Made by a program: the position numbers and the translations under genes. DNA of 64,000 nt from assembly GCA_000388065.2 (NCBI GenBank), contig KB932202.1. One strand, given 5' to 3'. Below, one piece after another: positions 49,722 to 60,848 of this stretch. How positions within the stretch are numbered: the first letter of the stretch is position 1; each line of letters opens with the position of its first letter. The notes beneath the pieces are model-generated. The model was not told where the DNA came from. It saw only the letters and a program-made list of their open reading frames with translations, and did no database searches. Origin of the DNA: Fonticula alba ATCC 38817. Lineage: Eukaryota; Protista; Nucleariida.

Positions 49722-52700
49722 ATGCCTGGAGGCTGGTGGCCGGGCGAGGCCGACCCGGGCATCGAGCTACGCACAGTGTCACCGCCGCCCAGGCCGGAAG
49801 TCCGCGACGTGGACGACGGGGAGACTTCCGACACGCCGGCCGAGGCGGCGGATCCGTGCGACAGCCGGCCCACCGAGCACCACGGCCCGAGCATTCCCCC
49901 AACAGACCCGGCCCCCCGGGGGATCCTCAAGCGCGCGGCGCCCGGGTCGCTGGCCTCCTCGGAGGGCCTCCCCTGGGCCGGGCCCGGGATGCCGGCGTTC
50001 GCGGCCGAGTCGCACGGCTCGCACGGGGACCCGCATGGGAACCGGCCCAGGGACCGGCAGGGCGATCGCCAGGGCAGCCTCGCCAGCGCCTCCAGCGACC
50101 ATGTGGCCGGGGCATCGAGCGAGGCGGTGGCCAGCGCGTCGAGTGGCACGCTGGCCGGCGGCCGGCCGGCCGGGCTGGACCACCGCATCGCCTCCATCTT
50201 CACCTGGGTGGCGGACACCTTCAGCCTGCATGACTTCATCGAGATCGAGCATGTCCCGGTGGAGGATTTCCCCTTCGCGGGGCTGGCGGCCGCCGGGTCC
50301 AGCTCCGGGTCCGAATCCGGCTGGGCCCCGGGGCCGCAGTCGCCGGCCAGCGAGGTCGACGCGTATGCCCGGTCGCCGGGGCATGTGGCCCCGGTGCCCG
50401 GGGACCTCCGCCGGGGGTCCATGCAGCAGCCGCCGCGGCCGCCGCTGGCCGCCGGCCGTGCGGCGGCCCACCACAACCGGCGGTCCTCCACCCCCTCGAC
50501 GGTGCCGCACCTGGAGGGCCGGCGGTACTCGCTGTCGGCCGGGGGCCGGCATGACCGCCAGGCCCCGGGGCCCGGGGCCACGATGGTGGTGGCCGGGCCG
50601 CCGGCCACGCCGGACCGCTCGACCTCGCCGGCCCCCGGGCTGACGGTCCTCTCGGCCACGGCCCCGGGCGGGCGTCTTGCCACCGCCGGCAGCCTGCTGG
50701 CCGGGCCGGCCAGCGGGGTGGCCGCCCCCGGGCCGCTGCTCACGGTGCGGCCCTACTCCCCGGTGCGTGTGCAGCGGGCCGGCCCGCGGCATGCGCCCTT
50801 CATCGGCGAGGCGGAGTTCCGCATGCCGTCGACATTGGCCCCACTGGCCCGGCCGGCCCTCAGTGCCAGTGTCCTGTCCATGGCCGGTGGCGAGGGGGCC
50901 TCCCCGCCGCCGGGGGCCTATTGGCCGGGGGGGTCCCCGTCACCGAGGCCGGCGCCGGCGGATGGCGGCCCGTCGGCCCTGGGCATGGGCCACGGGTCGG
51001 CGGTTTCCTCGCCAGCATTGTCGCCGTCCTCATCGAGCCCGGGCGCGGTGTGCTCCTCGGCCTCCTCCTGCTCTTCCTCGGCCTCGGCCTCCTCCTCCTC
51101 CTCCTCCTCCTCCTCCTCCTCCTCCTCCTCCTCCTCGGCCTTGGGCTCCCTGCCGAGCCCATCGTCGATGGAGGCCTCTTCCGCGGGGTCCGGCCGGTCG
51201 GCCTGGGCGTCGGGCGAGCTGCACCCGGCGCCGGGGGTCCCGCTGCCGGCGGCCACCCGGCCGCGCATCCGCATCCGCCTGAGCCGGCGCCCGGAGGGGG
51301 ACCTGGCCGATCCGTACCTCCGGCCGCCGACCGTGCATGGGCCCGGGTCCGCGGCCCACGGGCCGACCTCCGGCGTCCGGGCCCTGCGGTCCAGCCACCT
51401 TCGCTTGGCCAGTCGGTCGGGGTCCTACGCCGGGTCGTGCGACTCGGCGGTCCTGGTGGTGACGCCGGTGGACCTGTTCTTCCTCGGGCGCAAGTGGCAG
51501 TCCCCCGGGGACAAGCGCCGGGAGCGGCGTCTCGTCCGGCAGCTGGACACGTCGCGCCCGGCGCGACTCGTCGCCCGGCCGGGCCAGGCCACCCCGGCCG
51601 CCGTCGACACCACCCCCCCGGATGTGACGCGCGACCTGGCGGACGGGTTGCCGGCCGTGCCGAGCCTGGCCGCCACCCCTGGCGGGCCTGCCGACCGGGT
51701 TCCCTCCCTGGCGGCGGATGCCGCCCCCTTGCCCGGGCCTGCTGCCACCATTACGGCGATCCCGGTGGCCGATCGGCGGGGGTTCTCCGCCGGCGCCGGC
51801 GGCTTGACCATCCACACGGCCGGGTCGCCGAGCACCGCCGGCCCGGCCAGCCCCCTGGCCATGCGCACGCTCACCGGCACGACCACCTCGGCCGACTCGG
51901 CCCCGGTGTCGCCGGTCAACCCGGACATTGACATCGCCTCCTTTTTCGGCACCTGGAGCCCGGGGGACCTGGACCCCGATGAGGAAGAGGAGGAGGAGGA
52001 GGACGACGACGACGAGGAAGACGACGAGGAGGATGACGAGGAGGACGGCGAGGAGGATGACGCTGACCCGAGCGGCCCCCTGGGCGCCGGGAGCATCACA
52101 CCCCCGACCGATGGCGGCTCCACCTCACTTGCCTCGCCCTCGTCGGCCCCGCAGTCGGCGGCCGAGCAGGGCGCCGGGGTGGTCGCCGCCCCGCCGCCAG
52201 CTGCATTGCGCGTGCGCTCTCCCCGCCTGGCTCCCGCCCGGACGCGGTGCGTTCTCTTGCTGCTCCCTGCTGCTCCCTGCTGCTCCCTGCTGCTCCCTGC
52301 TGCTCCCTCTCTCCCGCCGCCGCGCGCGTGAGCGCCTGCACACACGCCTGCACACATATCCTCACATATCCTCACATCTACACCCACACCCCCAAATGCG
52401 CACGTCCATGCTCACCTTCGCACCTCCTCGGGACGCGGCATGCCGCCACGACAGGGTGAGCCATCCGCAGTTTGCGGCCGGGCCATTGCCCGGCGGCCCG
52501 ACGGACCGGCCGGCACCGAGCCTGGTGGCCGGGGCCCGCGCGGCGGCGCTACTCGGCGCCCGGCGATCCTCCTGGGCGCCCGTGCTGCTGGACATGAATG
52601 CGCGCAATGCCCGCGGGGGCATTCACAACAAGGATTCCTGGGCACCACGGGCGGCCGGCGGGGGCCCGGTTACGGCGGCCCCGGCGCCGGGCTTCGGCCC

Positions 52701-54166
52701 GAATGACCTGGCCGCCTCGTCGTCGCGCGGGGGCCTCGCCTCGTCGGGCGGGCCTTCGCCCCAGCCCGGCGGGCTGGCGGGGTCCGTGGGCGACGGCCCG
52801 GCCGGGCCCGGGCTGCTGGACGCCAGCTCCTCGGGGGATGCCCTGCCGGGGCCCGGGTCCGGGGGTCCTTCGCCCAGTCGGTTTTCCTGGCGCGGGCGTC
52901 CGGCATCGATGGTCGGGCGCCCGGTCGAGGGGGCGGACGCCCAGCGGCCCGGTCGGGGGACCGGCGGCCCGGCCTCCGCCGGCACGGTGCCCGGCCCCGG
53001 GCGAGCCGCCCTCGGGCCGACCCGGCGGCGGTCCACCATCACGTCGGTCTTTCGCCGGCCGCGCACGCGCTCCGGCTCGGACTCCGACCAGTCGGTGGAT
53101 GTGGGTGCTTCTGGCGACCTGCGATCCTGGCATGCCTCCTCGTCGCCCTCGCCGAGCGGGTCCTTCGGGTCTTCCTCCGGGGCGTCGGCCGTGGAGGATG
53201 CCGAGGGGGCCGGGCTCCGGGTGCGGCCGAGCTCCCCGCCGCCGCCGCCGGCGCCGCCGCCGCCGGCGGGCCCGGAGGCGGCCGACTTGCCCGAAGCCTC
53301 GGCCCCGGATGCGGCGCCCGGCATGGGGCTCGCCCCCGGGGCCGGTGCCGTGGCCGGCGTGGCGGCGATCACCATGGCCGAGGGCACGGCCGCGACACCC
53401 GCCCTGCAGGCGGCCGCCTCCCCGGGGCCGGCCGGGCCCGTTGTGGTGGTGGCCCCGAGCGCCGACCCGGGCCGGGTCGATGGCATCGGCGCCACGGTGG
53501 CCGGGCCCCCCTCCCCGAGCCAGGCTCCCGGGGCCCTCCGACGGAATACCTACTCCACGTCGGCCCCGTCGTCGGGGCTGTCCTCGGCGAGCCTCTCGCT
53601 GCCGGGGTTCCGCCGGCAGCGCTCCGACCAGTCGGTGGCTTCCTCCATGGCCGAGGGGCCGGCGTCGTCCGGCCGGCGGCCCGGCACCCGGCGGCGCTCC
53701 CAAGCCAAGGACATGTCCCCCTCCAGCCGGCCGTCCATCGCGGCCGTGGTCATTTGGGTGAATGCCCTGCTGATCACCATCGGCGTGGCGGTCATCGTCA
53801 CCGTGGCCCTGGTCGGCTCCAGCCGGTACATGCTCGCATGCCTCGCTCTCTTTGCACCGGCCACCGGCCGCTCCCCCTTCCCAGCTAACCCGCCTCGCCG
53901 GTCGCGCCGCAGCGAGACCACCTCCACCATCCGCTCGCTGGCCAACCAGCTGGCCAGCCGGGCCCAGATCAATCTGGACCTGGCGCTTGACAATGCCGAG
54001 GCCCTGAGCTCCGTGCACTTGCCCTACTTCCTGCACTTTGGCCACACGCCGGCCGACTGCCAGCGTGCCTCGCGACCGCTGCTCTACTCCATGCAGCATG
54101 AGTCCCTGCTGGTCAGCATGGTCCACCTGTCGGACGGGCTGGTGCGTGCATGGGTCTCCCGTCGTG

Positions 54167-54197
<31 letters not shown>

Positions 54198-56955
54198 TGT
54201 AGCCCCTCTCTCCGTGCCCCTTTCTTCGCTTTCTCTTTGCCGCCCTCCCGGCCGCCATCGCTCCGCCCACCTTCCCCTCACCAGCCCCACACCGATGATC
54301 ACATCTGCCCCCCCCCCCCCTCCTTTCTCCCTGCGGCTGGGCGGCCCGGCTGCCGCAGGGGAGTTTCTGCGGCGCCTCGCGCGCTGGCACCTCGCCCAAA
54401 GACGACCTCGGGGTCCGAGTCACCCGCATGCAGCCTCCGGCCGGGGACCCCACCGGCCCGGCCACCATGCAGCTGCAGGAGTTCCTCCACCATCCGGAAG
54501 CGTGCTCCCTGTCGGACTTCTCCTGCCCGGTGTTCGACTACCCGCCGCCGCTCGGGCGGGGCCCGGAGTTCTCCCGCTCGTATGACCCCCGCACGCGGAG
54601 CTGGTTTCAGGCGGTACGCCGGCTGGCCCTTCCCGAAGGGCTTTCCTGCTGGCTTTTGCCCTCTGCCTCTCGCGGTTGACTGACACCCGATGCCCCCCCC
54701 CCCCCTCCCTCCTGTGCGCATCTGCCCGCCAGGCTGCCGCCACCACCGGGCCCGTGTGGTCGGATATCTACCTCTACTCGTCGTACCACCGCCTGGGATT
54801 CACGGTTCGTGGCTACTGTGTTGGGGTCCTCCCCTGCTGCTCCCTCTCTTCCTCCCTCTCTCTCTCTCTCTCTCTCTCCCTCTCCCCCGTCTCAGCTCAT
54901 CCCCTGCCGACACCGGGACTCACCCATCACCGGGTCTCGCCCACCACCGGCCCCGGGCTGCCTGCCGGACGCACACGCTAGACCGCCCTCCGGGCGGTGC
55001 CCCTCGACAGTGCGGCACCCAGGCCGGCCAATCACCCGGTCATCATGTCGACGGACGTTTCGCTGGCCGAGTTGTCCACCTCCCTGCGCAAGCTCCTGAC
55101 CGAGGTCCAAAGCCAAGGGGACATGGCCTCCTTGGGGGTCGTGTCGAATGGCGCACACCTGACCCGACGCTCGGCCCTGACCCGGATGGCCGATGCGCTA
55201 GACCGGCTGTGGCCTGGCCGTCGGGCCGGCGCTGCCACCGCCTCGCCCACAACCGGGGATCTCGGCGCGCCGACACTCTTGCTCCTGGATGCGAAGGGCT
55301 TCCTGGTCGGGGTGGCCTTGAGCGAGAGCCACCTCGAGAGCGCGGTCTCCGGATCGGGCTCCGGCGAGCAGGTAAAGCTGGTCAAGACCCCGGCCGAAGG
55401 TGCGTGTTTTTTCCTCTCCCTCTCTCTCTTTTTCTCTGTTTCTCTTTTTCTCTGTTTCTCTGTTTCTCTCTTTCTCTGTTTCTCTCTTTCTTTCTCTCCC
55501 TCCCTCCATCTCCCTCCCTCCATCTCCCTCCCTCCATCTCTCTCCCTCTCCCTCTCTCCCTTTTCTTCTCCCTTTCCACGGCGTGTGCGTGCGTGTGTCT
55601 CGACCGCCATACTCACCCCGCTGCTTGGCCCTCCCCATGGACAGGCTGCACGCACACTTGCTCGGTTCGTGACTGTTGCATGGTGCACTCGCAGGACAGC
55701 GACAATGCGCACATTCGCCTGATTGCGTCGTACCTGGTCGCCCGTGGTGTCATCCCCCCGGCGCCGACCGGCGCCCTGTCTGTGCCCGGCGCCCCGGATG
55801 CCGCTGCCAACGATGTCTCCTCCTCGCGGACCAGCCGTGTGACCTACTTCGAACCGGACGACCGGGTGCGTGCGCCGCGGCCCTGTCGCCTCTGTGGGCT
55901 TGCCATGCCGACATGCCTTCTCCTTTGGCCCCCCTGCTGACCCTGATGCGCCCGCCGGCACATGGACCTGCAGCTGTCCATCGCCCACCTGCAGTATCAC
56001 CGCGGCTCGAACCTCCGGTGGCGCATCGTGGCGGCCTTCGACCGGCAGCAGCTGACCCTGGCCCTGGCCCGGCGCTATGGCACCATCGTCTCGGTGGTGG
56101 CGGTGCTGCTGCTGCTGCTGTCGGTCTTCTTGTCGATCCTGCTGAATCGCTTCCTGACCAAGTGCGTCGCATGCCGCCGCATCTCTTTGTCTCTCCCTTT
56201 CCCTCTCTCTGTGTGTGTCTCTCCTCCCACCCAGACGACTGCGAGGCTCACCATCCCGCTTTCCCCTCCCTCCCTCCCTCCCTCCCCCCGCACGGCCAGC
56301 CCCCTGCTGGCGGTGATCCGGCACCTAGAGGAGGTGGCCGCATTGCAGGAAAGCCCGCAGGTGGTCAAGCGGCGCTTCCGCCGGTTCTCCTTCTTCCCCA
56401 CCTTCCGGTCGCTGTTCTCCTCCTCCGAGAAGATAGACGTGTCGCCCTCTGACGCCAGCCTCGCCACCGTTGGTCAGCCACGCCGGGCAGGCGGCTCCTC
56501 GTCACTGGTATCCTCCAGCCGGCTGGAGATCGAGGAGGTCAATGAGATCCGCGACGGTGCGTGCATTCGCTTCGCCACGCCACGCCTCGGCGGCCGCGTC
56601 CGTTGTTTTCTGCCCTGGGCGCGGGACATCGCCTCCGCGCTCCTCGCAGCTGTTGCCGCCGACTGACGCTCCGTGCCCCGACAAACTGCCGGCCGCTCTC
56701 TGCCTTTGGGGGGGGGGGGGGGTCTCGCCCGGCGGACAGCCCTCCTGTCCTTGCGCGTCGGGTTGATTTCCTTCCTTCGGTATGCCCCGCGGCAGGTGGT
56801 CACGCTGTTGGTCCGGGAAAACCGCCGGCCCATCCTCGGCGTCGATCCCACCGAGGTGACGGTCATGTTCTCGGACATCGCCAACTTCGCCGACCTGACG
56901 CAGGCCTTCGATGATGCCCATGTGGTGGAGCTTCTCCAGTGCGTGTGCACACACC

Positions 56956-56991
<36 letters not shown>

Positions 56992-57775
56992 CACCTCGGG
57001 CTGCTTTTCGCCGGTGCCGCTCGCAACCCCTCACGCTGACACGCCCCCCCCCCCCGCCGCGCCCCTGGCCAGGCGCTACCTCTCCTCCACCATGAGCGTG
57101 GTCGTGGCCAATGAGGGGCTCATCGACAAGTTCATGACCGACGCGCTGATGGCCTTCTGGAATGCCCCGGAGCCGTATCCCTACCCGGATGGGCATGCGG
57201 CGGCCGCCTGCCGCGCCGCCCTCGAGGCCCTGAGCAAGATGGAGGCCGCCCGGGCCGACTGGGCGCTGGCCGGCCTGCCGCATGTGCAGGCGCGCTTCGG
57301 CCTGCACACCGGCATCTGCCTGGTGGGCAATCTCGGCTCGCGGAATCGGCTGAGCTTCACATGCATCGGGGACAATGTGAATCTGGCGTCCCGGCTGGAG
57401 GGCCTCAACCGGGTGTACGGCACATCCATCGTCCTGTCCGGGGCCACTCGGGCCCAAGTGCAGGGGTCCTTCGTGACTCGGGTGCTGGATAATGTCACGG
57501 TCAAGGGCAAGGCCCAGCCGGTGACCGTGTGCGAGCTGATCGGCCACAATGACGTGGTCAGTGCCAATGTGGCGGCCAGCATGCGCTCCTTCGACCAGGC
57601 CCTTCAGCTGATGACCCAGCGGCGCTTCGCCCAGGCGGCCGTCTTGCTGGAGGCCTTCCAGGCCCAGTACCCGGGGGATTTGGCCTGCCAGGAGCACCTG
57701 GCCCTGGCCCGGCGCCTGGCCGCCGACCCGCCCCCCGACGAGTGGGTCTTCCTCCGGAAGATGGACACCAAGTAG
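49722..57775 (+). CDS. Receptor-type class III nucleotidyl (probably adenylyl) cyclase: disordered N-terminus - TM - Cache-like sensor - TM - HAMP-like - cyclase - TPR-like tail; multi-exon
   Basis: Cyclase core VTVMFSDIANF...LIDKFMTDALMAFWNAP...RFGLHTGICLVGNLGSRNRLSFTCIGDNVNLASRLEGLNRVYGTSIVLS...VKGKAQPVTVCEL. Two hydrophobic spans (about 53739-53825 and 56085-56145). Cache-like YDPRTRSWF (54581), GPVWSDIY and MSTDVSLAELS. Exon 1 joins exon 2 in phase 0 across intron 52212-52470. Confidence 0.85.
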
Positions 57776-58281
57776 CGAAGTGCCGCCTCGGTGGCGTCCC
57801 CGTCCCCCGGTGGGGGGAGGCGTGGCCGGCTTGCGGTTTTGCTGCTCGGCCACGTCCATCGGCGCCGAGCCCCCTCGCCCTCCCTCCCCCCCCCTCTCTC
57901 TCTCTCTCTCTCCCCCATATAAACCTGTCCTTGTTTGCACATCCATCACCAGAGCCTTGATGGCCCCCTCGGCGCGCCCTGGCGAAGGCGTAGCGGGAGT
58001 GGCGCCCCGGCCCGAGCCAGGAGCCGGAGGACGGGGGGTCACACAGAACAGCGAGATCTATTGGGACAAGTGCGCCCCGATGGGGGGTGAGAAGGCTCTC
58101 GTGCAGGGACCGGCATGCCCGGTCGTGCGCGCTCGGGAGAGAGAGAGAGAGAGAGGGAAAGGGACAGGCGAGGCAAGGCCCATGCGAGGAAAGAGGCAGG
58201 CCGAGGGGGCAGAAGAGGCGGCGGGGCGGGGAAAAAGAAAAGCGCGGCCCCGGCCGCGGCCAGGCGCCCATCCTTGTGGAA

Positions 58282-60797
58282 CTAGTAGAACGGGAAGCCG
58301 TAGCCACGGAATTGGACGACCGTCTCGCCGTCATGGTCCGCATGGCCATCGCCGGCCATGGGGTCGCTGTCGTCGTCGTCGTCGTCATCGTCGTCGTCGT
58401 CGTGGTCGTGGTCGTCATCGCCATGGCTGTGGTCATCGTCGCCATCGTCGCTGCTGGACCCGTCGCCATCGCGGCTGCCGGGGGTGCTGGAGCCGGAGCT
58501 GGAGACGATGCGCGTGGCCGGCGAGGGGGCCGCCGGGGCCGAGGCCGGCGCGCCGCCGACCGACACCGACCGCGCCGAGCTGGCCGCCACCGCCATGGGG
58601 GCCGCCGGGCTGGCCGGGCGCGAGGCGTCGGCCCCTGGCAGGGTGGCCCGCGCCGGGGCCGGACTCGAAGGGGGTGACCGGGGGTCCGGCGTGCTGGCGG
58701 CCGATGGCTTGGCCGGGGCGCTGCCGGCCGCCGGGCCCTTGCCGCCGGTCGAGGGCTTCGACGGGAGGAGGGCGCTGATGTCCGGCAGCGGCTGGCGCCA
58801 GTAGTGGAAGTCGTTGAATGCCGGCTTCGGGGGCTCCTCCGGCAGGTCGAGCAGCTCGTCGGGCGAGCTTTCCACCGAGATCCCATCATCCGGCAGGGAG
58901 TCGCCCGGCTTGTGGGCCGGGCGCTGCAATGTCAGGCGGCGCTTCCGGCGGATGACAATCGGCGGGAACATCTGGTCCACGATGTCATTGATGTCGGAAT
59001 AGCTGCAAGTGCGAGAGTGGGCAGGCGGACGGGCGGGGGGTCGTCAGAGCCACAGGATGGGCCAGGCGGGAGGTGGCAAGGGGCACCGAACGCACGTCGA
59101 CCGGTAGGTTTCGACCAGCTCCAGACGGATGTTGCCACTGGGGTTGATTGTGAAAATGCGTTCGATCGGCACCATGACAGACTGGTAGCTCAGGGCGTCC
59201 TGCACGGCGGGGACGGTGGGACGGAGGGCGGCGGTGTCAAAACCGGTCAGCGCTGTGTGTGTACGCGATGGAAGAGGATGGGGGGTAGGGGAGAGGGGGT
59301 AGAGGGCTGGAAAGGAAAAGAGGGAAAGAAGGGAAAAGAGGGAAAGAAGGGAAAAGAGGGAAAGAAGGGAAAAGAGGGAAAGAGGGGAAGAGAGGGAAGG
59401 AAGGGAAAAGAGGGAAAGAAGGGAAAAGAGGGAAGGAAAGGAAAGAAGGAAAAGAGGGAAAGAAGAGAAAAGAGGGAAGGAAGAGAAAAGAGGGAAGGAA
59501 AGGAAAGAAGGGAAAGAAGGAAAAGAGGGAAAGAAGGAAAAGAGGGAAAGAAGGAAAAGAGGAAAAGAGGGAAAGAAGAAAAGAGGGAAAGAAAGAAAAA
59601 AAGACCACGGCGAGGGGACACATACCGTCGGCCGGTTGCCGAAGCCCGCATAGAAGGGCTGCGTGTCGGCCGGGAAGAGCTTGAGGATTTCCCCGAGGGC
59701 GGCCATCTTGAAGACGTGCGGCTTGCGCTCGATGACCTCGCGCGTGAAGGCCGCCAGCAGGCGGTCCGGCGCGCAAATCAGCGGCCCCGGAGGCAGCCGA
59801 TGCATGCGCGGCTGAAGCGACCCGTCGGCGTCGCGCGGCGACGACACCAACATCAGCGTGGCCGAGTCCAGGTGCGTCGAGGGGGAGGCACTGGCGCCGG
59901 CGCCGGCGCCGGTGGCGTCGGCCGCCGCCGAGGTCGCCTGCCCCGGCGTGCCGATGGCCCGGGGAGCCGAGGCCGCCGGGCGCAGCGATCCGCTGGACCC
60001 GGACCGGGACAGGGCCCCGCCCGGGCCCGGGGCAGCCGCGGCCCCGGCCCCGGCCCCGGCCCCGGCCGCATGGGCACCCCCCCCGGCGGCCTCGCCGGCA
60101 ATGGGGCCACCGCTGCCCGGGGGCGAGGGCGGCTGCAGGGGGCCGCCGCCAGCGGGGGCCAGACGCGGCGAGTCCGATGGCGTCCCGCCGCCAACCGGCG
60201 AGGCCGGGCCCCCGCCATTGGCCACCAGGGGCGAGGCGGCCCCGGAGGCCGGGGCCGAGCCGGCCGGCGACACCCCCGCCAGCCCGCTGGATGCCGGGGC
60301 CAAGGCCGCCGACAAGTGCGACTGGAAGAGCCCCGACGAGGAGGGCGAGGGCAGGGCATTCGGCGGGGGAGACTGCTTGACCGACCGGAGGAAGCCCCGC
60401 GTGGAGTTGGCCTGGCCGATGGCCCGACTGGTGACATACATCAGCCGGTACCCATTGGACGCGATGTTGCTGAAGAGGGTGGCCACGCCGGAGTGCGTCC
60501 AGTCACGCCCGACCGCCGTGAAGATGTGCCCCAGGGCATCGGACTTGGTGATGGTCCCGTCGATGTCACTGATGACAATCTTGTCCGTGTAGTCCCACAG
60601 GTAGATGGTGGCCGCGCAGCTGGCCCCCTGCCCCGGCGACTCGATGGTGAACTCGATGTGGTTGGGCCCATCCTTCAGGTCGAGGGCCGACTGCGGGCCC
60701 GGCGGGGGGGGGGGGGGGGGGGNNNNNNNNNNNNNNNNNNNNNNNNNNNNNNNNNNNNNNNNNNNNNNNNNNNNNNNNNNNNNNNNNNNNNNNNNNN

Positions 60798-60848
<51 letters not shown>

